From Adineta vaga (Eukaryota; Animalia; Rotifera): a stretch of DNA of 64,000 nucleotides. The notes below the pieces were generated by a model. The model saw only the letters and a program-made list of their open reading frames with translations, ran no database searches and was not told the DNA's origin. The stretch covers positions 248,001-312,000 of the forward strand of contig CP075496.1 in the NCBI GenBank assembly GCA_021613535.1, read 5' to 3'. This document shows positions 27,175 through 39,141 of the stretch, in pieces. Position 1 is the stretch's first letter, and every line of letters begins with the position of its first letter. Both the position numbers and the translations under genes were made by a program.

Positions 27175-27932
27175 TCCTTCCACAGCAAGGAGCGTCATAT
27201 GGAAAAAAAGTTTCTGTGTGCTCTTGTGTCAGTGTCAAAGGTCAAAAAATCATTTTCTTCAAGACTGTCTTAAACATCGGAAACCGAGAGTAGATTAAGG
27301 GTAGGCTGATAGGTGGGGTCAATGTGAAGGATCAATGGTTAAAAGTTAAAGGGTGCACAAGATCAAAATATTGCTCTACCCTTCAGTACGAGCTAAATAC
27401 GCGCTTTCGATAGATATAATATGAGATTACAATCAGTAGGTCATTATTTATTCATAAAATCATTAAAGTTTTAGTAATATTGAAATAGAAACTATTGATC
27501 GTTCTAGAGGTGATAATTCAATAAATGAACACATAGATAGAATCGAACCCGTAGCAGGTTTGAGAAAAATAAAGTAGAGTAAAATTTGTCTAGTTTGAAA
27601 ACTATTGGAATCAATGAAAACGTAGGGGAATAAGCAAATCATACAAGAACATCTTAGAGATACGATGGCATAGACATGCAACAGCCTCAGTTAACTCAGT
27701 GAGAGTCAGACTCGAACTTAAGTTTATACTTTCATGTGTTTTCTTTTGCTTTTGAGAATATTTGATACACCACCAATTGTTCATGCAAAACATTTATCTC
27801 ACACATCACGATAAGATGAACCGGCTTTGTTTTCTTTAATTCAATTCATTTTCTTGTTAAGATCTTTAAGGATAGATGTATTTGAAATAAAAATTGCCTT
27901 ACATCGAACTAATAGAATGAAATTATAGTTTA

Positions 27933-27985
27933 TGAGGGTATGGAGCGTGAGCGTGAAAAGTAGAGACTATCGGTATATACCCTCA
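27933..27985. repeat. Telomere-repeat palindrome (degenerate)
   Basis: TGAGGGTATGGAGCGTGAGCGTG ... TATATACCCTCAA. Confidence 0.55.
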
Positions 27986-28335
27986 AAGATTTCCTTTTCT
28001 GATTGAACTTTTGTTGAATATCACATGCAAAAATATCCTTTCTTAAAACGAACTCTTTTGTAAAACTCAAAAAGTACTAACGAAAAATACGTATCTTGAG
28101 TGTATACTGACACTGATAATCATACACGTCAAACGAAACTCCACTCAATACATACATTAACGCCATCTTTCTGCATAAACGAACTATTCGCTTTTGTTAA
28201 AATCCTCAGATTTCATTCTCTTTTTCGAATAACAAAAATACAGTACTATCAGTAAAGCGAATTTCTTTTCATAACAAACAAAATATATTCAATAGCTTGT
28301 ATTCTCAACAAACTTTTGTGGAATTTAAAGCGAAT

Positions 28336-31300
28336 ATGTATACATTTTCAACATTACCGATTGAACTCGTCTATCGAATTTTGGATCATCTGTCTGGTTT
28401 TACACTATTTTTTTCAATGCAAAATGTTTGCCAACGTTTTAATCAAATTCTGAACATTTATCATCGATATCAAGTAAGTTTGCAAAGTGCTTTACCTATT
28501 TTATCATCTGTTCAAGCACACATGAGCCTCGCCATATATAACTTAATCAGTTTACTCAAAGAAAAAACCAATTTCACAATTCCGAAGCAATTTCCACGAG
28601 TCAACCAAATACAACATTGACTCATGCAATTAAAACAACCCTTTCTCTCGCCTGTTCTTTTCTATCTATGCTCATAGAATATATATCTTATTAAACGTGC
28701 ACTCATGTGCCGCACAAGAATAAAACAGCAGCATTAAAACACCTTTCCCGTTTCAAACAAATGTCTCTATTGCAACTCTTAAACAATGCAGCAACCATCT
28801 TTGAAACCCACCGAATAAAATAAAGTGAATTGTTTTATATTCTGACCCGACTCAAATGATCTTTCGCGAACCAAATCTAAAAAAAATCCAAAATCATTCG
28901 AAATAAACAAGTATCACTACCTACAGTACAGTACTTACTCTACTCATCCGACGATTCCAAAATTGACTCAGTAATACTCAGACAAGCACCGATTTCTCTT
29001 TTCAATCCATGAACCCAGATCGAAGATTTTCACACACTACCATCACACCTCTTGTATAATGCTATATCTAGTTGAAAAAACTTACTCTAAAGTTCCGCTT
29101 GATTTACCCACATTCTCGAAATCAATATTCTATACATAGACACTCACCACACTCGATCTCGGGTACAATGAAATCGGCCATGAAGGAGCACAACATATTG
29201 GTGATGCCTTGCGAATAAACACGGTAATATTCATTCGCTCTTGTCCTAATTGACACATCCATGCTCTCTCTCCTATATAGACACTCACCACACTAGATAT
29301 CAGGAACAATAAAATCGGCGATCAAGGAGCACAACATATTGGTGATGCCTTGCGAATAAACACGGTAATATTCATTCGCTCTTGTCCTCATTCACACATC
29401 CATACTCTCTCTCCTCTATAGACACTCACCACACTAGATATCAGGGACAATAAAATCGGCGATCAAGGAGCACAACATATCGGTGATGCCTTGCGAATAA
29501 ACACGGTAATATTCATTCGCTCTTGTCCTAATTGACACATCTATGCTCTCTCTCCTATATAGACACTCACCACACTAGATATCAGGAACAATAAAATCGG
29601 CGATCAAGGAGCACAACATATCGGTGATGCCTTGCGAATAAACACGGTAATATTCATTCGCTCTTGTCCTAATTGACACATCTATGCTCTCTCTCCTATA
29701 TAGACACTCACCACACTAGATATCAGGAACAATAAAATCGGCGATCAAGGAGCACAACATATTGATGTTGCCTTGCGAATAAACACGGTAATATTCATTC
29801 GCTCTTGTCCTAATTGACACATCCATACTCTCTCTCCTCTATAGACACTCACCACACTAGATATCAGGGACAATAAAATCGGCGATCAAGGAGCACAACA
29901 TATCGGTGATGCCTTGCGAATAAACACAGTAATACTCATTCGCTCTTGTCCTAATTGACACATCCATACTCTCTCTCCTCTATAGACACTCACCACACTA
30001 AATCTCGGGGGCAATGGAATCGGCCATCAAGGAGCACAACATATTGATGTTGCCTTGCGAATAAATACGGTAATATTCATTCACTCTTGTCCTAATTGAC
30101 AGATCCATGCTCTCTCTCGTCTATAGACACTCACCGCACTACATCTCCGTGGCAATGAAATCGGCCATGAAGGAGCACAACATATTGGTGATGCCTTGCG
30201 AATAAACACGGTAATATTCATTCGCTCTTGTCCTAATTGACACATCCATGCTGTCTCTCCTATATAGACACTCACCACACTAAATCTCTGGGGCAATGGA
30301 ATCGGCCATGAAGGAGCACAACATATTGGTGATGCCTTGCGAATAAACACGGTAATATTCATTCACTCTTGTCCTAATTGACACATCCATGCTGTCTCTC
30401 CTATAAAGACACTCACCACACTAGATCTCTGGAGCAATGAAATCGGCCATCAAGGAGCACAACATATTGCCGATGCCTTGCGAATAAACACGGTAATATT
30501 CATTCACTCTTGTCCTAATTGACACATCCATGCTGTCTCTCCTATATAGACACTCACCACACTAAATCTCTGGGGCAATGGAATCGGCCATGAAGGAGCA
30601 CAACATATTGGTGATGCCTTGCGAATAAACACGGTAATATTCATTCACTCTTGTCCTAATTGACACATCCATGCTGTCTCTCCTATAAAGACACTCACCA
30701 CACTAGATCTCTGGAGCAATGAAATCGGCCATCAAGGAGCACAACATATTGCCGATGCCTTGCGAATAAACACGGTAATATTCATTCACTCTTGTCCTAA
30801 TTGACAGATCTGTAACGACAAACTGGTTGAGTAGTTAACCGCCTCTCACGGTATGATGTTTATTGACTACTCTACATGACCAGAATGTCCATTTCAAAAT
30901 AAGACACACGTTTATATAGAGAAGAGGAAAGAGAGAGATGACCCGGAGACAATATGATATAGAGGTGAGAGAATAGAGAACAGAAAAAGATGAACGATAT
31001 CATTATCGTTACAAGATCCATGCTCTCTCTCGTCTATAGACACTCACCGCACTACATCTCCGTGGCAATGAAATCGGCGATCAAGGAGCACAACATATTG
31101 GTGATGCCTTGCGAATAAACACAGTAATATTCATTCACTCTTGTCCTAATTGACACATCCATGCTGTCTCTCCTATTTAGACACTCACCACACTAGATCT
31201 CTGGGGCAACCAAATTGGCCATCAAGGAGCACTACATATTGGTGATGCCTTGCGAATAAACACAGTAATATTCATTTGCTCTTGTCCTAATTGACACATC

Positions 31301-31559
31301 CATACTCTTTCTCTCGTCTATAGACACTCACCACACTAAATCTCGAGAACAATCAAATCGGCGATCAAGGAGCACAGCATATTGGTGACGCCTTGCGAAT
31401 AAACACAGTAATACTCATTCGCTCTTGTCCTAATTGACACATCCATACTCTCTCTCTCCTCTATAGACACTCACCACACTAGATCTCTGGATCAATCGAA
31501 TCGGCAATCAAGGAAGAGAGTATCTCCGAGATACTTTTAGAGATAGGTTGATGTTGTAG
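28336..31559 (+). CDS. F-box protein with 16 RI-type (NLRC3-like) LRRs, one 28-aa LRR per exon (~496 aa)
   Basis: F-box exon 28336-28473 (FSTLPIELVYRILDHL, phase 0). 84-bp phase-0 exons start at 29140, 29281, 29422, 29563, 29704, 29845, 29986, 30127, 30268, 30409, 30550, 30691, 31040, 31181, 31324. Terminal exon 31467-31559. Confidence 0.9.
29140..31510 (+). repeat. 141-bp tandem exon+intron array (84-bp exon + 57-bp intron)
   Basis: Near-identical units ACACTCACCACACTA...AAACACG|GTAATATTCATT...CTATAG. Confidence 0.95.
30811..31013 (-). mobile_element. Solo LTR (203 bp) inside an intron of the LRR array
   Basis: TGTAACGA...TCGTTACA termini. 5-bp TSD AGATC (30806-30810, 31014-31018). TATATAAA followed by AATAAA on the minus strand. 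Confidence 0.85.
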
Positions 31560-33062
31560 TTTGGACTCGAGGGACATTGTTTTCTAGTGGTCTTTTCTAG
31601 AGAATTTTTTCAGAGGAAACCGAGGTGGTGAGAAATTAATACATTGTGCTTCGAAGTCGTAGTTATCGTACAATAACGTGTTTTGTTTTAAGCTCTTGAT
31701 TTCCGACCGTGAGAGATGTGTTTGTTATGTAAGTGGTTGATTGGTGTATGTCCCAGATAGCGAAATCCCGTGTTAGAAATGCACTATAATTTGTCAGTTG
31801 AAGTTGGATGGGTATCATATGATGTTTTGTGAAACTGTCTACTCTTAATATAATGTCTTGCGAAAAATTTTCAACAGTGGAAAGGTTATGAAGAAGTAGG
31901 ACGACCGTCGATGCGTCTTATCAGCCTTTTAATGGGTCCGCTGCACTTATTCCCATCGGTGATCTATTACGAACGACTGGGAGATTATTTCTTAAACATT
32001 GTGTTGTGCATGAAAACGTAGCAAAATATTCTTCCGAACTTTATTTTGAATATTTTTCACAATAGAGAGTTTAGTTTAAAGTCTGAGTGTCTCACAAATT
32101 GTTACTATATTTGTAACGTTGGAGAGTTGGGGTTGACGTCAAGATAAAGTGGATGACGAGTTTGACAACTTTATTTAGTTGCTTCTTTGATTTGACGTTT
32201 GATGTCTAATGATAGAAAAATGTTTTGTATTCGTACATCATTCAAGATAAAAAAGAAAGTTTTAGAGAAAAGAGTGTATCTCAGTCTCAACTAGCTTATG
32301 TGTAGAGACACAATTTAGGATATAAATCGCAGCTGGATGCAACTTCCGATATGTTTGAGCTTCAATGAAAGACGGCAAAATGCATTTGTAAACACAAAGA
32401 GTGCTTCATGTTTACATAGTGACCCGTACTTATATTCCCTTACTATTCATTATCATTCTGAGAATTACAAAAGTATGATTAATTCGCGAGTGGTAAGATG
32501 GTTCTGTCTTGAGTTTACACATATTTCTTTTTAAATATATTCATCATCGGTGTCGATGAAACCGACCATACTAGATCTATCGAAGCTTTCCATGCTGTGC
32601 ATTCAAATAATTATCCATGATAATGAACATTTAGTTGTTGAATGTACATCCAAAATAGTTTCTTTATCTAATATGATGATTTTGTTTATTTAAGAAATCA
32701 ATGTGAACTGCCTTTCTGAATTCATCGATTGTGATGAACATTCTTCTAAAATATACCATCCACGCATGTATCATGCCATTTGTTTCATTGAACCAATGGC
32801 ATATGGATCACTGACTTTTAGACTATGAATATATTGATGAAGTATATAATTGTTATATTTACACTAAATGGAAATTTTCTTTCATATAATATTGTTATTT
32901 TAACAAAGATAAGATTATATCTGATATGAATTAACAAATAATACCTAACATTAGTCGAAAAGAAATAACAAAATCTTCAACGTCCATTAAACACATGCCA
33001 ACTTGATAGTCATTAGCGAATTTCATGACAGGGCTCTGATGTACGAGAGCACATTTTCTACT

Positions 33063-34038
33063 TTATTGAAAGAGAAAAAACAAAACAAAATTAGCTTGAT
33101 TGACAATGAGTAACACAATAAACAAAAAAGAACAGAACACAAAAGAATAACAAATAATATTTATAAACGAGAAAAAGCCAACTCCAGTAGCATTCGATGA
33201 TGGAATCATCGAGCATGTTGGCTGTAGCGAATGAATCGTCGCTACTTGAATTTGATATACCATCAAATGCAGCATCCAAATTTGGATTTGGTGTCAAATC
33301 CAAAACATCTTCTTCCACCGGATCTGGTTGAACATCAATCAATGAGTCAAGATAATCCCTGACATGCTTGTCAACATTGACATTACCTCTTGGTAATTTA
33401 AGTTTGTTTTCATTTGATTTTGTTTTTCTTTTTGTTGTTTTTCTTCCAGTTTTAACTGTTTTCTTTTTCTTGTTTTTTTTTGTTTTTCAACGCCCAATCG
33501 TTGAGGCACCTTGTGTGGTCGCGGCTCCAACGAAAGGCGTTGGGTAATTGTGCCATTATTTGCGCGTTGTAGTATCACCAAAACTGGTGAAGCAATTGGC
33601 ATAGACGGACTGAGAGTGGACGTGGTGATGAGATGGGTGTTGGTACGGACTCATCCATTTTTATCATTTGTTCGAGCCTCTTCGACAACAACTGTTTCTA
33701 GAAAAACGAACATTATCTATGATATTACACACAGAAGTTTAGTATTCACGTGCTGCTGGTACAACAACAACATCCATGGTCATTTCAGTGACCTGTTGTG
33801 CTTCATTTTGAGCTTGACATGCACGTACCAATTCGCCTGTCAAGCGATGTAGATGGGCAGTCAATTGATATAATTCGGCTGTTGAAGACAAGTCGTCTGT
33901 TTGCGTCGCACGAGTACAAGTACTCATGCTGATGCTTGATGATATTGTAGTTGTTGTTGATGGTTGTTGCATAATAGAATAATTGGATGATTGAATGGTT
34001 GGAAGTGGAATGAAATAATTCTGAGATTGCTTCCTCAT
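33063..34038 (-). other. Broken low-complexity ORF remnants, possibly a transposon accessory gene
   Basis: S/T-rich, K-rich and acidic ORF pieces in shifting frames, with no recognisable domain. Confidence 0.3.
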
Positions 34039-34103
34039 TATATAGGCATAGCAGACAAAGGCGCCTTTATTCTGAACAACCTTTGTGGCGATTGACCACT
34101 CAA

Positions 34104-34228
34104 ATTGGGGGTGTAAAAGAGGCCGCTGTAAAAAGGGAGGCTAGTGTGTGGGTGTGGGTGTAAATGTGCATTGTAGATTCATTTATCGCCCATACCCACA
34201 CTCACATCCCACCAATCCACACCCTTAA
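34104..34228. repeat. Telomere-repeat palindrome with a ~33-bp insert in the left arm
   Basis: TTGGGGGTGT [AAAAGAGG...GGCTAGTG] TGTGGGTGTGGGTGT-spacer-CCCATACCCACACTCACATCCC..CCACACCCTTAA. Confidence 0.75.
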
Positions 34229-34498
34229 ATTTCTATGCCGCTTACTTTTCTGTAACTGCTATAATTTTTATTACTTATTATAAAATGCAGACCACTGAAA
34301 AGTGTTTTCCTAATAAAGAACACGGAACTCGTTGCAATTAATCTTTGCATTTTCATTTACAAGTATTAGAAAGTACACAATTCATTTTTAAATTTCGAAA
34401 ACTGCTGTCGACATTGACTATTGTTGAGAAGCAAGAGTTGAGAATAACGATTTAAACTTCTATTCACACCAACAAATAAAAATTGTTTATTATTGGTT

Positions 34499-34516
34499 AC
34501 ATCCACACCCTCAAGA
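34499..34516. repeat. Half telomere-repeat palindrome (C-rich arm)
   Basis: ACATCCACACCCTCAAGAT. Confidence 0.6.
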
Positions 34517-34672
34517 TGGTGTCAACTCTACCCAAATCTGTTTGCATATGTGTATTTTATTTAAAAATCAAAATAAAGTGAATGAAAGAAAGCAGTTTCA
34601 TGAACTTTAAAACGCACTAAGTGAACGGTGAGAACTAAAAGCAAAATAAAAGTTCAATGAGAGAATGCAATA

Positions 34673-35117
34673 CTAAGATACATTCAAAAGAATGCCCATA
34701 GAGTGACTGACAAAATTGGCGACGACGATATCCAGTTCATTGTCATTGTCGAAATAACCGACAGCCACCGAGGCTGGATTATTGCCGCCACTATAAAACG
34801 TTGTTTGGTTTGCAAACATGATCTGGCGCATTTGACCTAGAGAACAAGAAAACAACGAAGTGAAGATTAATCAGCGAGTTTCTCGTAGTCCCGAAAGGGA
34901 TCTTCTGAAGATTATGTAGTCATGAGAGGATAGGGGTAATATATGGACGGTCCCTTGCTATTCCTGCAGTTGTTGTAGCTGTTCCTATTGCTATTATACC
35001 TGCAGTTGTTGTTGTAGTTTCAGTTGTCCCTGACCTGTTGTTGTTGTAGTTGCAGTTGCAGTTGCAGTTGTACCTAACCCTGTTGTTGTTGCTACAGCTG
35101 ATGTGGTTGCAGTCATA
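34673..35117 (-). pseudogene. 5'-truncated Thr-rich linker plus single FG-GAP repeat gene remnant
   Basis: Last exon FANQTTFYSGGNNPASVAVGYFDNDNELDIVVAN..GILLN. The upstream Thr-rich segment has a frameshift and a stop. Confidence 0.6.
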
Positions 35118-35124
35118 CATGTAG

Positions 35125-37372
35125 AAATCGAAAAGACGTTTCAACTGTTCAAGTTCGACTTTTTCTGGACTCTCCACTGTTATGACAACTACAGATTGTC
35201 AACCAAATCTTATAATAGACTCATGGACTGGTGAACATTATGATAATGTAATCTTGCCATTGACAACATCGATTACAATGGGTTTTCAGTCGAGTGCATG
35301 GATGAGCACTCTTTATAAAGGCTCCAATGGCCAATGGTCAATTGTTAATCGACTAAATTTATGTTTAAGACCTGATGGTTATATCAATACAAGTCCTGTT
35401 ACAAACACATTACCAGTAGTATTCTATCCAATTAATACACCAGTTGTTCATATTGTGCAAATGGCAGACAATGATGGTACTGATATATTAAGATGTCGTT
35501 GGTCCAATGCAAATTCAGGAACAAATTACAATCGAATTGATGAATGCGGAGATGTTTGTTTTGGACTACCCCCTGGGTATCAACTGAGTCCATCTAATTG
35601 CACAATATCTTTCTCTCTACCAACGGCTAATCTATATTATGCATGTGCTTTGCAAATCGAAGATTATTATAATAGTGCGGCTACAAATCCGATGAGTTCT
35701 GTTCCAATACAATTCTTATTCTATGGATATATAACTGCACCTGGCGCTTGTTCAGAACGTCCTTCAATCATTGGCGTTCGCCCAAATAGAGGTACGAATG
35801 TATATTTATTTTCTTTGAAGCAAACTGAAATGTTTTTCTATTTGTAAAATCCACTTCAGCTTGTATTGGAGTTCCGTATAGTAAGTGCAAATGTCCATAA
35901 CTTTATTCTTTCTAATATTTCTCATTGGTATTTCAGATGTTCAATTGAACGAAACTATAATTGTAGAAACATATTGTCCTTACCAAACTATTGTTGATTC
36001 TGTTACCAGTTCACCAATTGGAATGACACATAGTGATATCAGTCATCCGAGTACTTGTAAGTCATTAATAGTTGCTAGTAACGACATGAAAAACTTTTGA
36101 ACTTGAAATCAAAATTATAGATAGATGGATAATGACATTAACTTGGACACCTATAGCAGCACAGTCAGGTCCTCAAGGTTTCTGTGCTGCTGCTATTGAC
36201 GATAGCAATCTACTATCAGATCCATGGTGTATTACATATTTAGTTAATTATGAATCACCAGAATTAATTCGTCCTAAAGTGGTACAAGGATCAGCAAGTC
36301 CAATAGGTACTGTCTTTTCGAATCAATCTATGTTTTCAATACAAGGTATGTCATTTTTTAACTTTATTTATTCTTCTTTATCTTTTATTTTAATTGTACA
36401 GCAAACAGTTTAGTCGGTCGTCCAACTCGTAATGGAACAAATATCTGTTTTCGAGAAGCAGCTACAAATGTACTAGTTTTATGTTATGATGCTGGTTATG
36501 CATCAAATGTAGTTTATACTGGATATACAATTGTCGTTACTACAAATTATACATGGACACCTGGTTTATTCTATTATATAACGATGGATAGTGGATTTGC
36601 AAGTGGAAGTGAATTTTGTCGTAAGTTTTATTTCTTTGACGAAAATGAAATGTTGAATACTTTTATTATCATTGATCTGATTAAAAAAGATGCTGAATCA
36701 GCGCCTATCAGTGATCCGACATTTTGGACTTTTAATATTTGGAATCCAGCTGTTTCAAGTACAACTACAACAACTACGACTCCATTTACAACTGTTACAG
36801 TTACAACCAGATTAACATCAACTACTAGTGTCAATACTCTTGTAAATTCATTTTCATATCTTATTTACGTATCAATATTATATTATAATTGTTGACAGTT
36901 GACAACAACTGGTATTGTGGTAACAACAACAGTAGTTCCTATTACAACGACTTCAACGGCTTTAAGTAGTAGACCTTCAACTACAGCTTGTAAGAAGAAC
37001 TCCTTAATGATTGAGAAGTTAACATTATGATTCTAATTTTTTTCATCTTCTAGATCCAACAATAGTCAATCGAACTACATCAGGAGCAATAACTGAATCA
37101 ACAGTAGCTGTCATGTCTCCAAAAGATTTTGTAAGTCATTTTTTATTGTATGTAATGAATTGTCTAAATACATTTCAATATATCTATGATAGGAAGAAGC
37201 ATGTAAACAACCTATAGCATTGATGACTTCTATTCTCTTCATTATTTTAATGCCTATTCATACTTTGGTAGTGTATGCTGCATTCATAGAATTTTCAAAT
37301 ATGTTCAACCCAGCGAACCTCAATGCAAAAAAGAGACACAAAAAACGAATGAAACGTATCCTTTGGTCATAA
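35125..37372 (+). CDS. Type-I membrane protein of the HFxGG/'DxDGDxxRCRW' family with Thr-rich stalk; N-terminus appears missing
   Basis: RPDGYINTSP, DNDGTDILRCRW, ECGDVC, ALQIEDY, SSVPIQF. Multiple GT-AG exons ending in a TM and a basic tail, TAA at 37370-37372. Paralog of 44514-47398. Confidence 0.7.
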
Positions 37373-37688
37373 ACGATCAAAAATCTCTGTTTTTCTACAT
37401 ACTTTGACATTTGTCAACTTCATTATTTTATTTCTTTTCACGATTGTACTAATTACTATTCTATTTATCTCAAGAAATAATACAATCATTCTCACAAATC
37501 AATTCAACATACATGTAGAACTTGAAAGGGTGTGAGGTGAGTTGAGATGATGAAGGTAACGACAACAATGAGGGTGGTATGGAGACTTTTGAACTGGAAT
37601 ATTTCAATTGAACTCTATTTTCAAGTTTAACACTACTGAGAAAACTACTCACAATGTTTATAACGAAAAAAGAGTTAATCGATGTTAA

Positions 37689-38396
37689 TTAGTTTTGTAA
37701 ATGTTCGGTAACATGATTGTCGAGTATTTTTTTGATTCCATTAATAATTTTATTTGGCCATGTTGGATGCTCTGTTGAATGATCTTGTGCAAAAAGAATG
37801 TATTCGTTTAATTTCTCGGTATTTTCGTCACGTAAAATATCAAGAATTCGATTTCCATTGTAGATATCCTTTTTATCTTCTTCCAGATCTTTGATATCAT
37901 CATAGATATCTTCTAAAATATCTTGAATAATTTCGGTTTCAGTAGATTCAGCCTTTTCTCCATTCAAATATCTGATCATGTGTCGATGCATTCGAAGATC
38001 AGCACTCTTTTTCTCGTAGAACTCTTTGATACTATAATTAGCAAATCTCTTACCATATCGTGCTTCAGTTTCTATCGTTGCATAGTCTTTTAAATCTTTG
38101 AGCAATATTTCGCAGACATCTGCAGGAATTGTTAGTTTTTGCATTGATTTTGATACATCTTCAAATAAAGCGTTCAAAATAACGGGATCAATATCTTTGT
38201 TATGTTCACCATAATGATCGATGATATAGATTTTGGTTTCAATTTCTCGAAGCCACTTTTTGACATCTTCGGACACATTGCTTACGTACGGTTCAATATA
38301 TTTTGTAAAAACATATTGGACCTTGTTCGAGATTACAGGAATATCTCCTTCCGGAATGGGATAAACGGGATTTTGTGGAAAAACTTCGTTGCTCAT
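37689..38396 (-). CDS. Intronless class-I isoprenoid-synthase-fold (terpene/prenyl synthase-like) protein
   Basis: Helical, acidic 235-aa ORF. Degenerate first motif IIDHYGE, a KSA motif, and Asp-rich DIYDDIKDLEEDK...N resembling the second aspartate-rich motif. Confidence 0.5.
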   Translation of the reverse strand: MSNEVFPQNPVYPIPEGDIPVISNKVQYVFTKYIEPYVSNVSEDVKKWLREIETKIYIIDHYGEHNKDIDPVILNALFEDVSKSMQKLTIPADVCEILLKDLKDYATIETEARYGKRFANYSIKEFYEKKSADLRMHRHMIRYLNGEKAESTETEIIQDILEDIYDDIKDLEEDKKDIYNGNRILDILRDENTEKLNEYILFAQDHSTEHPTWPNKIINGIKKILDNHVTEHLQN

Positions 38397-39141
38397 GACA
38401 AGTAAGCAAAATAGTCGTATTAATAAATCTGAAATAAAAATCATCTATTTGATACTATCGACATTGAACATAGGAAACATCAAATACTTCTGTGAAAATT
38501 ATGTTCGAGTCAACTTTAGTTTTTTTTCTCGTGATAATGAAATCCTCTCCAAACTATTTAGACTGCATTTTTATCACTGACGTCAATGTCATACTTTCTC
38601 AAGAAATCAAATTAAACTCTTCACTAACTGATTACGCTCGTATTTTCTAATAAAGTTGATTCATAAAGATGACGAATGGCCCAGAATAAATGGTGCTCTT
38701 AGTATTTTGACGTTAACTGTGTTACATCTCTAATGTCTCAAGTAAAAAAAGGATATCGACGAGAATGAGATATGAATAACGATTTAATGTTGATCAGTCA
38801 AATAATACTATATAAAAGAAATTGAAATGAACATGTCTTGAGTCGTATAAACATTCGTTCGAAATACACTCCAAATGATACTTGGCGATGAAAAGAAAAA
38901 GAGAATATGATCGATCATATATTCTCGTTGATTCTTCGATACGCAGCACGTGATCGTTTCTTTTCATTTGTCGACAACATCAAATACAGCGTTGCTGCGT
39001 GGTTATTTGTACACTTTCTATCTAATTACATTTTCTTTTTTTTCTATACTCATGCACCGTCATGGTCGGTAGCATTCATATCTTAGTCGCAAATGTCCTT
39101 ATTTCTTTCTCATTAGATATTCATCTATTGAAGTTGAAAAA

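Noticed and set aside
30081-30362. 93-aa minus-strand ORF with an internal repeat
   Set aside because: It is the antisense reading of two 141-bp units.
29140-31510. CRISPR-like array (constant repeat with short variable segments)
   Set aside because: The units are GT-AG introns plus 84-bp LRR exons in frame with an F-box. The variable part is codon-level variation, and there are no cas genes.
33000-34146. Complete CACTA transposon ending at CTAGTG 34146
   Set aside because: No matching left terminus, TSD or transposase motifs were found.
37521-37585. Additional telomere-palindrome copy
   Set aside because: Only loose G-rich similarity and no C-rich arm.
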